DNA of 64,000 bases from Mobula birostris. Lineage: Eukaryota. The position numbers and the translations under genes are program-made. The stretch is from positions 155,216,212-155,280,211 of the forward strand of contig NC_092376.1 in NCBI RefSeq assembly GCF_030028105.1. The letters are read 5' to 3'. How positions within the stretch are numbered: the first letter of the stretch is position 1; each line of letters starts with the position of its first letter. The notes beneath the pieces are model-generated. The model was not told the origin of the DNA. It did not search any database and saw nothing but the letters and a program-made list of their open reading frames with translations. Shown in pieces: positions 10,860 through 22,872 of the stretch.

Positions 10860-13667
10860 CAAAGTTCTCTCTAATTTTTAGTAGTCAGTGTGCGCAAAAA
10901 TCTTATGTTGTGCAAATTTTTTTCCTGTGACCAAAGTATGTGCGCATTGAATGCACATCGTACAGTTTATGTAGGTTGACAAAATATTTGACATACATAT
11001 TTGCACAGAATAACAACAAAATAACATACATATTTAAGTCACTCAGTTATTTTTTCTCTTCCGTCTTTGGTATTTACCCATTCTTTGTAAACTCTATCTA
11101 GACTAATAGGACTTCCATCCAATTGATAGCTTTTGATTCTCATCAACATATCCAAATGACATTCACCTAAATGGTTTCTCAGCTTGTTTTTGAGTTGATT
11201 CATTAGGCTAAAACCTCGCTCACAGTCCGCACTAGACGCAAGAAAGGTTCCTCCAATGTCCATCAACTATGCAAGGTCATAAAACTGTTCATTTTGAAGT
11301 ACAAATGCCACCATTTGAGCAAAGTTTGAAATCAGTTTGGATTTAATTTTTTCTTGCACGGACAATTTGAAATCATTAAACCGTCTAACCATTACAGTAT
11401 TTTCAGCTAGTAAATCATGATATTTTAGAGCTTTTGTATACCGTCCAAATGCAATTTACTTGCCAAATAACACTTCAAAAAGTCAGGTTTCCAAATGGCA
11501 GCAACTTTCGCATCACGACAATACAAACAGATATAGTTGAAGTCAGAAGTTTACATACTCCTTAGCCAGATACATTTAACTCAGCTTTTCACAATTCCTG
11601 ACATTTAATCCTAGAAAACATCCCCTGTTCTAGGTCAGTTAGGATCACTACTTTATTTTAAGAATGTGAAATGTCAGGATAATAGTAGAGAGAATAATTT
11701 ATTTCGGCTTTTATTTCTTTCATCACTTTCCCAGTGGGTCAGAAGTTTACATACACTTTGTTAGTATTTGGTAGCACTGCCTTTAAATTGTTTAACTTGG
11801 GTCAAACATTTTGGGTAGCCTTCCACAAGCTTCTCAGAGTAAGTTGCTGGAATTTTGTTCCATTCCTCCAGACAGAACTGATGTAACTGAATCAGATTTG
11901 TAGGCCTCCTCGCTCGCACATGCTTTTTCAGTTCTGCCCACAAATTTTCTATCGGATTGAGGTCAGAAAATGATGTCAAGTCTTGTTCATCCTTGGGAGC
12001 AATTTTCAAATGCCTGAAGGTACCACATTCATCTGTACAAACAATAGTACGCAAGTATAAACAACATGTGACCACATAGCCGTCATACCGCTCAGGAAGG
12101 AGACACATTCTGTCTGCTAATGATGAACGTATTTTGGTGCAAAAAGTGTAAATCAATCCCAGAACAACAGCAAAGAACCTTGTGAAGATGCTGGAGGAAA
12201 CAGGTAGACAAGTATCTATATCCACAGTAAAAAGAGTCCTATATCGACATAACCTGAAAGGCTGCTCAGCAAGGAAGAAGCCACTGCTCCAAAACCGCCA
12301 TAAAAAGCCAGACAATAGTTTGCAAGTGCACATGGGGACAAAAATCTTACTTTTTGGAGAAATGTCCTCTGGTCTGATGAAACAATAAGTGAACTGTTTG
12401 GCCATAATGACCATCATTATGTTTGGAGGAAAAAGGGTGAGGCTTGCAAGCCGAAGAACACCATCCCAACCGTGAATCATGAGGGTGGCAGCATCATACT
12501 GTAGGGGTGCTTTGCTGCAGGAAGGACTGGTGCACTTCACAAAATAGATGGCATCATGAGGAAGGAAAATTATGTGGATATATTGAAGCAACATCTCAAG
12601 ACAGCAGCCAGGAAGTTAAAGCTCAGTCGCAAATGTATACCTCCAAAGTTGTGGCAAAATTGCTTAAGGACAACAAAGTCAAGGTATTGGAGTGGCCATC
12701 ACAAAGCCCTGACCTCAATCTGATAGAATATTTGTGGGCAGAATTGAAAAAGCACGTGCGAGCAAGGAGGCCTACAAACCTGACTCAGTTACACCAGTTA
12801 TGTCTGGAGGAATGGAACAAAATTCCAGCAACTTACTGTGAGAAGCTTGTGGAAGGCTACCCAAAATGTTTGACCCAAGTTGAACAACTTAAAAGCAATG
12901 CTACCAAATACTAACTAAGTGAATGTGAACTTCTGACCCACTGGGAAAGTGATGAAAGAAATAAAAGCTGAAATAAATCATTCTCCCTACTATTATTCTG
13001 ACATTTCGCATTCTTAAAATAAAGTAGTGATCCTAACTGACCTAAGACAGAGAATGTTTTCTAGGATTAAATGTCAGGAATTGTGAAAAGCTGAGTTTAA
13101 ATGTATTTGGCTAAGGTGTATGTAAACTTCTGATTTCATCTGTAACTCCAGTTTCTGAATCATACATAAATATTTCTTGTAGCTGAATGTTCATGACCTC
13201 ATGAGCTTTCAGTGTAGCAGTTTCTACTATTTTGTTAAGCCATTCAACTTTAAACAAATTTGCAGTTCTTTTGCGCTTCACACCCTTCACTTCTTTCGAA
13301 TTCAACATTTTGAATCAATATTTTTTTTCAATAAAAACTTAGTAAGCTATCTACAAGATTTGAAACAGATGTTTGTAAACTTTACGATATGAACGCTGTC
13401 CGCCAAAGATGGCTGCCGCCGCGATGCAGCTTTACAAACCGGAACAGGAAAGGGGAGGTGACGTAAACTAGTGACGTGCATTGTGGTATTTGAAAAAAAC
13501 GACTAACTAGTTAACAGAAGTATTTAGCTAAAAGATTATTTTCAATAAGTATAATTATTAATTACTACAATATCTTAGGTAACTAACCTTTTGTGCGCAC
13601 ATTAATTTCCTTTGTACACTGGTTGAAAAACGTGTGTGCACACGCACACAGCTTAGAGGGAACATAG
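10860..13667 (-). mobile_element. Non-autonomous hAT transposon, internally deleted, host of the Tc1 insertion
   Basis: TIRs CAAAGTTCTCTCTAA and TTAGAGGGAACATAG; 8-bp TSD CTCCAGTC (10852-10859) / CTCCAGCC (13668-13675); N-terminal zinc-finger remnant joined to a hAT dimerisation domain (SSADCERGFSLMNQLKNKLRN, ORF 11039-11266). Confidence 0.9.
11534..13142 (+). mobile_element. Sleeping Beauty-like Tc1 transposon (IR/DR type), defective, with two right ends
   Basis: TA TSD at 11532-11533 and 13143-13144; ends (C)AGTTGAAGTCAGAAGTTTACATAC; transposase remnant SSLGAI...KMLEETG...WSDET...WPSQSPDLN...NATKY* with stops and a deletion of the DNDPK catalytic segment near 12635. Confidence 0.95.
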
Positions 13668-15288
13668 CTCCAGCCCATAAACATTTTCTTATTTTTATCA
13701 TCATTAATCATGGAATAAACAAAGGTCTACTATATCATTCAGATGACATAACAGTAACAGCACCACACAATAATTAGGTCAATGTAGATGCTTTAAGACA
13801 TTTCATGTCAGCTATAGTTACAAACATCCTTGTTCATTTTAAAATATAAATTCTATATTTATATAAAAGCTGGTGTATACCTTTTGATGTACCTCAGTGT
13901 TTTTTGATCATAACAATTTATTTGGTTGATGTGCTCCAACAGAAATCCCGTGCATATTTTCCGTCTATATTTTGTACACCCTCAAATTACACTGCTTAAT
14001 AATTAGGTTGGACACTTACTGATTGGATAAAACTACACGTCGATTATTCTGCTATCTCATGGTGTTTGATTGTTAATCCAAATATACATTTAACCTGAAC
14101 ACACCATCCATAATTTAAACAATAATTAAAGTCAAATTTCATCTCCAAAATTAGCAGATACCGGAAAGTGAACCAATTTATTACAACAGCCTGAAAATAA
14201 GGCTGGCAGTTCTGCATTTGGAAGATTAATGGGAATTGTCATCAGTGACAAATTAACTAGTCTTTTTTAGATCTATTTCTTTATTCATCTCTTTTTTCCA
14301 AAAGCTTGACTTCATCATCTGTTGCCTTGGGGCAGGAGTTCTGTAGTCCTATCACTCAGTCCCTTGCCAGATCCTAGCAGGATGCAGGAAAAGCCTGCAT
14401 AGGATGTGACAGCTGTCCCTGGAGAAATCCTGCCGTGACCCAGCAATTAGAGGAGCAGTCGCTCAGGCACTTAGTGAAGCCATCTGTCCTACTAGGTGAC
14501 ATTGAATTGAACACAAATTGTACTCACTTTCTTGTTTGTTTACACAGGGAAGGGTGAGAAAAAATGGCATTGTTAGAAATAAAATAAGTGTATGGGCATT
14601 TAAGTAGAGAGAAATTTGCTTAATAATTCAATTTCTTCATGTAAAATCTACGTTGTATTAAGCATTTAGGAAAGATTTCTGAAGCTGCAGTACTTTGGCT
14701 ATGAAATAAACATATAACCTTCCAAAATTCTGAAAATCAGTGAATCCGAAATAACCACAGAAAATTCTGGAGATACTCAGCAAGTCAGGCAGCAGCTGTG
14801 GAAAGACAAACCAGGTCAACAAACTTTTCAAAATTTAACTGGGGAAATTTGTTGAGCAATTGTTATTGAATGTGTGTTTTTACAGTATATATAAACAATA
14901 ACAATTGTGGCTTAAAAGTGCAGTCAGAATTCTGGTTTTAAATGGTCAAAATAACATGCCATGTTATTTTATTTCTACCAGGGAAAAATGACTAGCCAAC
15001 TTGTAAAAACTCAGAGGTAACTATTCTATGACTTTGTGAGGGAGAAATTTGTCTTTGGCTGCTGATACTAAACACCTGCATAAGTAATGGTTACTACTTG
15101 TATTTTCCTCTACATATTTTGTTTCCTTGACTTCAACAGAACAAACATGAATAAAACTGACATTAATTATTCTTGTGGCAGTTAGGACCAGCAACCAAAG
15201 ATAAATTTCTCCATCATGAGAACACCTAATGAGTAACCAAGGCAGAGAAGACAGATTTAGCTGTCATTCCATGCTGTGTTATGTAATC

Positions 15289-15495
15289 AACACACATCAA
15301 AGTTGCTGGTGAACGCAGCAGGCCAGGCAGCATCTCTAGGAAGAGGTACAGTCGCCGACAGTCAGTCCTGACGAAGGGTCTCCGCCTGAAACGTCGACTG
15401 TACCTCTTCCGAGAGATGCTGCCTGGCCTGCTGCGTTCACCAGCAACTTTGATGTGTGTTGCTTGAATTTCCAGCATCTGCAGAATTCCTGTTGT
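15289..15495 (+). mobile_element. Penelope-like mini-insertion: 67-bp inverted repeat around a hammerhead motif plus 34-bp tail
   Basis: Arms 15288-15354 and 15395-15461 are complementary at 66/67 positions; 15-bp TSD ctgtg(t/c)tatgtaatc at 15274-15288 and 15496-15510. Confidence 0.92.
15363..15400 (+). ncRNA. Minimal type-I hammerhead ribozyme motif, intact core
   Basis: cagtc-CTGACGA-agg(gtctccg)cct-GAAA-cgTC^-gactg: 5-bp stem I, 3-bp stem II, palindromic ACGT in place of stem III. Confidence 0.8.
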
Positions 15496-18091
15496 CTGTG
15501 CTATGTAATCGCAAGTTAGATATTAGTAGAGATTTCACAATTCATTTTAATGCCACTGATTTAGATGAAATGTTTTTGTTCTTAATTATTGTCTACTAAC
15601 TGTTCAGGGAAGCTCTCACTCATGATATTGTGTATAGACAGGCTCTTGGTGAGCTCTAAAACCTTCTCTCGTCAAACATAGGGCATGAAGAGCTGAGCTT
15701 GAATCATGGGGAATTGGCCAGGGTGCCAGAGGTTCTCCAATGACTGTGATACCATCCCCTGTGAATGAAGAAAGAGAACTAATAACAAAAAGAAATTACA
15801 TTTCCTTCTGAAAACAGCAGGGCATGGTTACAGCTTTATTCTGGTTTTGCACAAGGCAAGGAGCAACATGTTCAGCGATTCTATTTCAGAATATAGTTTA
15901 TTTTAATATCAGCTAGCAACCAGAATTTGCCTCTGATGTATTCTTGATGTCATCATGCACCCAGTGTGCTTTCTTCTTATTAAAATGGGGAATAAAATAG
16001 GCTGATAGTGGCAATATGCGTATAATTTTGCAGTTTTCATCCTGCGTTCTAGATTGAACACTGACTCAAAGGCAAAAGTCAAAGTCAAAGTATATAAGTT
16101 TTATGTTACCATATTCTACCTCGTGATTCACTTACTTACAGGCAGTGACAAGAAAGAAAAAAAACTCAGAACATCTAATTTAGAGTACAATTTACATTCC
16201 TCTGAAAGTTAGTTATTAACTGCCTAAATTTAAAGCAAATGTAATGATTTCCCTTCACTTTATATTGGAAATGCAAGACAAGTGGAAATAAAAAAGAACT
16301 CAAAATGATTTTTTTATTAAGAGAGAAATTGATTTATAATTACCTTCAATTTAACTTGATTTTTCTTCTCCAAGAAGGGGAAAGGATTGGAAGTACTTAA
16401 GTATTGGTCAATTATACAGTTGCTGTGATAGAATTTCATTGGAAAACTAATTACTAAATGTGATCGAGGACTTCACCTGTTAATCCAGAGATTCATGAGC
16501 TAGTTTATGTGTCCGCAATTAACACAATGAATCAACACATGGCCGCACAACAACATGCAGCTCACTTCTGGTCACTTCTTCAGAATTCATTTGCACATGC
16601 AAGGCAGAAGGTGATTATGGGCTCTTCAAGTTGAAATTGGCTGTCAACAATAAAGAGTTTGCTTAAACAAAATGGGAAGGGAGCCTGCAACGTATATAAC
16701 CTAGCGCTGGCAACCACCTGCAGGTTGGCATCTTGTAGGTGAAAAAACAATTCCTCTATAGAGGTTGTTCCTGTGTGCACTCTAAAACCATTCCATCCTC
16801 CCAACCAGCACAAGTGCAGCATTGCCACCCTCAACATCACAACTCAGTTCCAAAGTTGATCCAACTCTGTTCCTCCCTCACTTGGCCCCAGTACCAGAAG
16901 CATACACCCTTACCAATCCCAGCTATTTACCATGCCACCACCGCCAACCACCATTAATGACCATCTTTCAAACACCCGGCTCTCCAGTTCCTGCCTTGTA
17001 TTTCCAGACCTTTTGTTTATTGAATTGAAGAGCAAGCAGAGGAAAGGACTTTGCATATATCAAGACTTTCTAGCACATTGTATGTACAAAACAAATTTAA
17101 TGCATTCTGCGACACCAAACCTTGGCATAAAGCATGCTTTGATTCACTATACTTCACATATTGAATGCATCTTTATCTGCACTATACAATTGCTGGGCCC
17201 CAACAGTGTGCGATGAACATAATAACATAATAAGTCATAACTGTCTTTACTTTTTATACTGTATTTCGATCACCTGAAATGTAAGGTTTTGAAAATAATA
17301 TTTTCTTGCACTTTAAATATTACTTTCTTCAATGTAAAGTGAAGAGTACATTATCATACTGCGATACCAACTTTAAGAGGTAACTGGAATTAACAGGATA
17401 GTTTGCAGTTTTCTTGTGTCCAGACACTCAAGTTTTAAGATTCCATTGAGAGAAATGAGGTATGGACAATTAAATCTGGACACACAGGGAGCTGCAGATC
17501 ATCTGATAACTCAAAATATTTTATCCTCAATAACACAAATGGGAAAAATTAAGATTATATTAGATATTCTCCTTATAGAATCTTGGATGAAGAATTTAAG
17601 TAAATGTATGATAAAAGTAGATTAAACTATAAAATCTAAATGAGACATACATTAAAATTATTCCAGATTAATTCTATGTAACTTGAACATTATCTCTTCT
17701 CTTGGTACATCTGTTCTGTGTTGCTGTTAACTCCAAGAACTTTCCATTAAAAAATACCATAGAGTGAGCAAAACAACACTTGGCTTTACATTCAAAAAGG
17801 CATAAAAGGAAAGTTACAATTTTGAATAATTTATTTTCTCAGGCCAGTGAATTGAATGTATTTCATTTTAAAATGCTTTAATTTAGTTCATCACCTGCTA
17901 TTGCTACCATTTCAATGGAGTGGTCCATCACGAGAAACTTCATTAGAATTATTAGGATACAATTCACTTGGCAAGGTTTTTCTGTTCATTAGAGCCAAGA
18001 AATGTTTCATCCCACTAAATTGACAGATTGAAACTGTGATCTGAAGTTTGAAAGAGCAATATTTCTGATTCCTGGGCAGAGTAAAACTGGA

Positions 18092-18308
18092 GTAAGTCAC
18101 ACAAAGTGCTGGAGGAACTTAGCAGGTCAGGCAACATCTATGGAAATGAATAAACAGTTGATGTTTAGGACCAAGACCCTTCATCTGGACTGGAAAGGAA
18201 GAGGGTAGATGCCAGAATATGTTTATTCATTTCCATCGATGCTTCCTGATCTGCTGAGTTCCACCAGCATTTTGCTCTGGAGGTCCAGCATCTACAGAAT
18301 TTCATGTT
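18092..18308 (+). mobile_element. Penelope-like inverted mini-insertion, older subfamily
   Basis: Inverted terminal-repeat arms; 15-bp TSD ca(g/c)agtaaaactgga at 18077-18091 and 18309-18323; decayed hammerhead on the minus strand at ~18155-18192. Confidence 0.85.
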
Positions 18309-20057
18309 CACAGTAAAACTGGAAATGGATTACCAATCACAGTAAAATCAGAAATATACTGTATACCCCCAATGTTTGATGTTATTGGAATCAATCATGT
18401 AATTTTGCAGAAAATGCATTTCATTGATCAAATGTTGGAAACAGTGGGATTGGGATTCAGTGGAGTGTAGATTTCACTATTCTCACCAAACAAGTGGGGA
18501 AGCAAATAGTTTGTTAGATTTTGCTTTGGAAGTACTTGAGTATGATGTCTCACTGTATATCTCAGCACTTTCACATGCTTCATCAACAGCTTCCCTTTCT
18601 TTATTAGGTAAGAAGTGGAGATATTTGTAAACTGCTCAAAAAAATGAAGCAACTTAAGAAAGCATGCAGTAAAAGATGGATAAAACACAGACTTTGTCTA
18701 GTGATTATCAAGTTACATTCATGATTTACAAGTATCAGACAATAATCTCTTCCAGCATGAGGAAGATAACCACTATCCTCTTAACAATGAATGTCTTTCA
18801 TTAATAATGCATTTCAACACACTGTCAACCCTAGCATAATCACTTAAGGGAAACTGTAACACATTATCCTTGACCTGGCATATAGATGTACAGATTTGAC
18901 CAGATTTGTTTCACCATCATGCTTTGGGAATTTAAAATCCTCCAAGCACACAGATTGAAGAACAACTAGATGCAAGCTTCACACAAGATAATTCTTAAGC
19001 TGATTAACAGGGGGTCTCTGTGTATTGTTATTAAAATACTGAATTGGACAGAAAACAGATTTCAGGACTCTGGAAAAAGTATTTATATTGCAATTGCAAT
19101 TATATTTTTAGAACAAATTACACTACTACTTGGGATCTGGGATCATCATCAAGCTGACTGAAAGATAGGTTTGCACATTTTAAGAAATCTATTCTAAAGA
19201 ACATCGAAAAAGTCTGATTAAGATTAGTTTGTTGATAATTTTCTCCCAAAAATCCTGCAGTTTTGTTCATGAATAATATTACTTAAAAGTGGACTGAATT
19301 GATAACCTGTCCACTGCCTGACACATTAGCATCATTGAGACAAGATCAGAAAAGCAAAGATGTCTAAACTGGCTTAAAAAAATCATCAAGGACATTAAGA
19401 ATGTATGTGAAGTTTTAAGAAATAAGGTGACATTGAAACTGATTGACAGATTCGGATGAAAAAAAATCAATAGTTAGTAACCATTTAAAAAATGCATGTA
19501 CTTCCATATTTGAGAATATATGTTAAGCTACATCGTTCTGTGGGCTACAACGCTTTAAACGTGTTGTAAAATTGTGAATTACTACTGCTCTTTTAAATTT
19601 CAAAAATGTTTTACTTTTACCCCACCAGTGTGATATTTCAAAATATGGTCTCAACAAATTAAAACAGCCCAAATAAATGTAACCAGGTGACCACTGAATA
19701 CCATTTCCTATTGTTAACATGCACTTATGTATTCACCTGGTAGTCCTAGTTACCTGTGTCTTTAAGAGAAAGCGATGACATCATTATACACATGTGGAGC
19801 AGATGAGTTATAATGTTCTAGAAAGAACATCGAGTACTGGTTGTATGGTGAGGAAAGATTTTCATGAGCAAGGTATCAGCACTGGATAACATGATTGTGC
19901 AAGGTTCCTTAACGGCCTCGTAGCATGAACAAGGAGAACTCGTTTCAGGGTCTAGCCAATACATATTTGGAAGTTAAGCTGTGTGTGTGCCAAAAATTGC
20001 TGCTACCATATTGGTTTTCTATATTTTGTTCTATTTATTTTCATATTGTGTCCAATA

Positions 20058-20790
20058 AATGTGCAGACTATTTTCTGAACAGGGAAAAAATCCAAAAATC
20101 TGAGATGCAAAGGGACTTGGGAGTCCTTATGCAGAAAACCCTAAAGGTTAACTTGCAGGTAGAGTCAGTGGTGAGGAAGCCAAATGCAATGTTGGCATTC
20201 ATTTCAAGAGGTCTAGAATACAAGAGCATGGATGTGATGCTGAGGCTCACCGGTGAGGCCTCACCTTGAGTATTGTGAACAGTTTTGAGATCCTCATCTA
20301 AGGTTCAGAGGAGGTTTGGAAGAATGATTCTGAAAATAAAAGGGTTATCATATGAGAAATGTTTGATAGCTTTGGGTCTGTACTTTCTGGAATTTAGAAG
20401 GATGAGGAGGGATCTCATTGAAATCTTTTGAATGTTGAAAGGTCTGGACAGAGTAGAAGTGAAAAGGTTGGTGAGGAACTCTGGAACAAGAGGGCACAGC
20501 CTCAGGATAGAGGGGCATCCATTTAAAACAGAGATGTGGAGAAATTTCTTTTGTTAGAGGGTGGTGAATTTGTGGTATTTTTTACCACAGGCAGCTGGGG
20601 AAACCAGGTCGCTAAGTGTATTAAGGCAGAGCTTGATAGGCCCTTGATTGGACATGGCATCAAAGGTTACAGGGAGGAGGCTGAGGAATGGGGCTGAGGA
20701 GGGTGGAAGGATCAGCCATGATTGAATGGTGGAGCAGACTCATGGGCTAAATGGCCTAATTCTGCTCCTAAGTCTTATGGTCTCATGGTC
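20058..20790 (+). mobile_element. CR1 LINE 3' fragment
   Basis: Reads CADYFLNREKIQKSEMQRDLGVL...; 3' tail TCTTATGGTCTCATGGTCT. Confidence 0.9.
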
Positions 20791-22564
20791 TACTGCATAC
20801 GTAACTAGTTGATACACAAGTGTACGGACCGAAATTAAGCTGAGATTGTAACAGCAGGAACTGCATTTTTTTAGATTCATTTTGTTGTTTTTATTTTGAT
20901 ACTCTCTTTCTGCATTAAAACATCTAAAACACATAAAGGAATTAAAGACTCAAAAAAATACCTGTTGTCCTGAGTGTGTACTTTTGCCAGGCTACATAAA
21001 GGTTCAGTAAAAAAGGGTTTCTGAACTGTCTCCGTCCACTAGGTTCAAATAACTTGTACAAATTCCACCAAGTGAGGAAAGGTGTCTCCACTCAGACTGT
21101 GTACATTTATCATCAAATCACTATTTGCACAATCCATCTAATCTGGGTGTCAATAAATCTAGAACTATGTGTATTAGCCTCATCAATTCACCATTCAAGT
21201 GAGAATCATTGAGATAATTTAACCATATGCAACCATTTATTTGACTTGCGATATCAATGGATTGTTCATTTGTTCATGGAGTGTAGAAGTTAACAGAAGC
21301 AAGTAACTTGACCTATCCTTGCTTCTGATATGGCAGTAAATCGGTCTTCCTTCTTAATGGAGCGATAAATTCAAAAATAAACCCACTGGAATTTCAGTAA
21401 AGGTGGATATTACTGCTGTAGATCAGCAGGCCCTGCCCTAGAAGGCGGCAAATTGATCCTAGTTCATGAAGACCAGATGAATAATTAACATTAGGACTGG
21501 AACAAACAAATTGATCAGATATTCTGTCTGCTTTTAAGGCGAGCATTGTCCTTGAATGGGCCTTTGAGAGATACAATGAACTTCCAAGTGAAAGAAATCA
21601 TTCTGAAGGTTGGCCCTGTGCTATTGTTCCAATAAAGGGGTCAGAATTTAATAAGGTATCAGTTCCCTAATTTATTCATACTTACAAACTGAACAAGGTT
21701 AATCACATCAATACAGTTGCTATAAGAAACTGATAGACTCACCTCTTAACACCCAAAGACTTCAAGTACAATACACAAGCCAGGAGGGTCATGGAATTGT
21801 TTCCTCTGCTGGGGTGAGCATATCTCCAGTAAAACTCAGGAAGCTCAAACCTACTAATGACAAGCAATTGCTTTGTCAACTCATTGGCTACCATAAACAA
21901 TAACTTCTTTACTGTGGCCATAAAATCCATCATCTATTAAATGCTTTACAACTATTAACCAAGGTTTTTGCAAATCATCTCCCAAAACTACTTTTAGAAG
22001 GACAAAGAAAGTGGGGAATTGAAATAGAAATTCATCATTGCTTTAAATATATCATCTACATCACTCCCTTCAGATTTTCACAGAATACTCCTTTCCACTC
22101 ATTAGCCAATTCTATCAGGTGTGCAGTGTCGCATCTATGGGACTGTTCCAAGACCTTGCTCCCTTGCATGAAGCAAATAGAAACTTTCATCTTTCCCAGC
22201 AGCTGCTTCCTTCAAGAACTTGCACTCCCATTTGAAAGCCTTATACTGTGACTATTATATCACTGGGCTGTCTTAGGCAGGCATTCTGAAGCTGAATGGC
22301 TCTGAAATATATACAGTATATAACAATGCTCTCTTGCCTTTTGCACTCACATGGCTGTGCTTGGTGGCAGTTTTCACAGTTGGACTGCACCCAATCAGTG
22401 AATGGGATTCATTAGAAAGGGGCAAATAAAAATAAGGCAGCAGCAAGAGAAGCAGCCATTGGGTGAGTGGACCAGTACTGGAGTGGCTTTGGCTCATCAG
22501 GCTTGGGCAAAGTAAGTATCTGGGTAAATTTCTTCTTCTTCTTCACTCTTCATTCCTCGTCTGT

Positions 22565-22872
22565 GTGAGCATGTGGCCAAGTGGTTAAGGCATTGGACTA
22601 GGGACCTGAAGGTCATGAGTTCGAGCCCCAGCCAAGGGAACGTGTTGTGTCCTTGAGCAAGGCACTTAATCACACATTGCTCTGCGACGACACTGGCCCT
22701 ACACTGGTATGGGTCCTAATCCCCTTCCCTTGGACAACATTGGTGTCGTGGACAGAGGAGACTTGCAGCATGGGCAACTGCTGGTCTTCCATACAACGTT
22801 GCCCAGGCCTGCGCCCTGGAGAGTAAAGACTTTCCAGGCACAAATCCATGGTCTCGCAAGACTAACGGATGC
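22565..22872 (+). mobile_element. tRNA-CORE-RTE SINE
   Basis: A box TGGCCAAGTGG, B box AGTTCGAGCC, CORE-like GTGTCCTTGAGCAAGGCACTTAA, RTE-type tail CCATGGTCTCGCAAGACTAACGGATGCC; ~10-bp TSD cctcgtctgt. Confidence 0.85.

Noticed and set aside
11761-12594. 277-aa minus-strand ORF, the longest in the track
   Set aside because: Chimera of antisense Tc1 sequence and the inverted transposase C-terminus; explained by the rearranged transposon.
14150-14560. ETS/IRF-, NF-kB- and FOX-like motifs
   Set aside because: Imperfect short matches expected by chance; no independent support.
15288-15461. Hairpin as miRNA precursor, MITE or terminator
   Set aside because: The arms match Penelope-like terminal repeats attached to GIY-YIG remnants elsewhere in the window; the asymmetric tail and 15-bp TSD fit retrotransposition.
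22565-22635. tRNA-like sequence (also ~50400-50470)
   Set aside because: SINE head: the acceptor stem does not close and it continues into a repeat body with TSDs.
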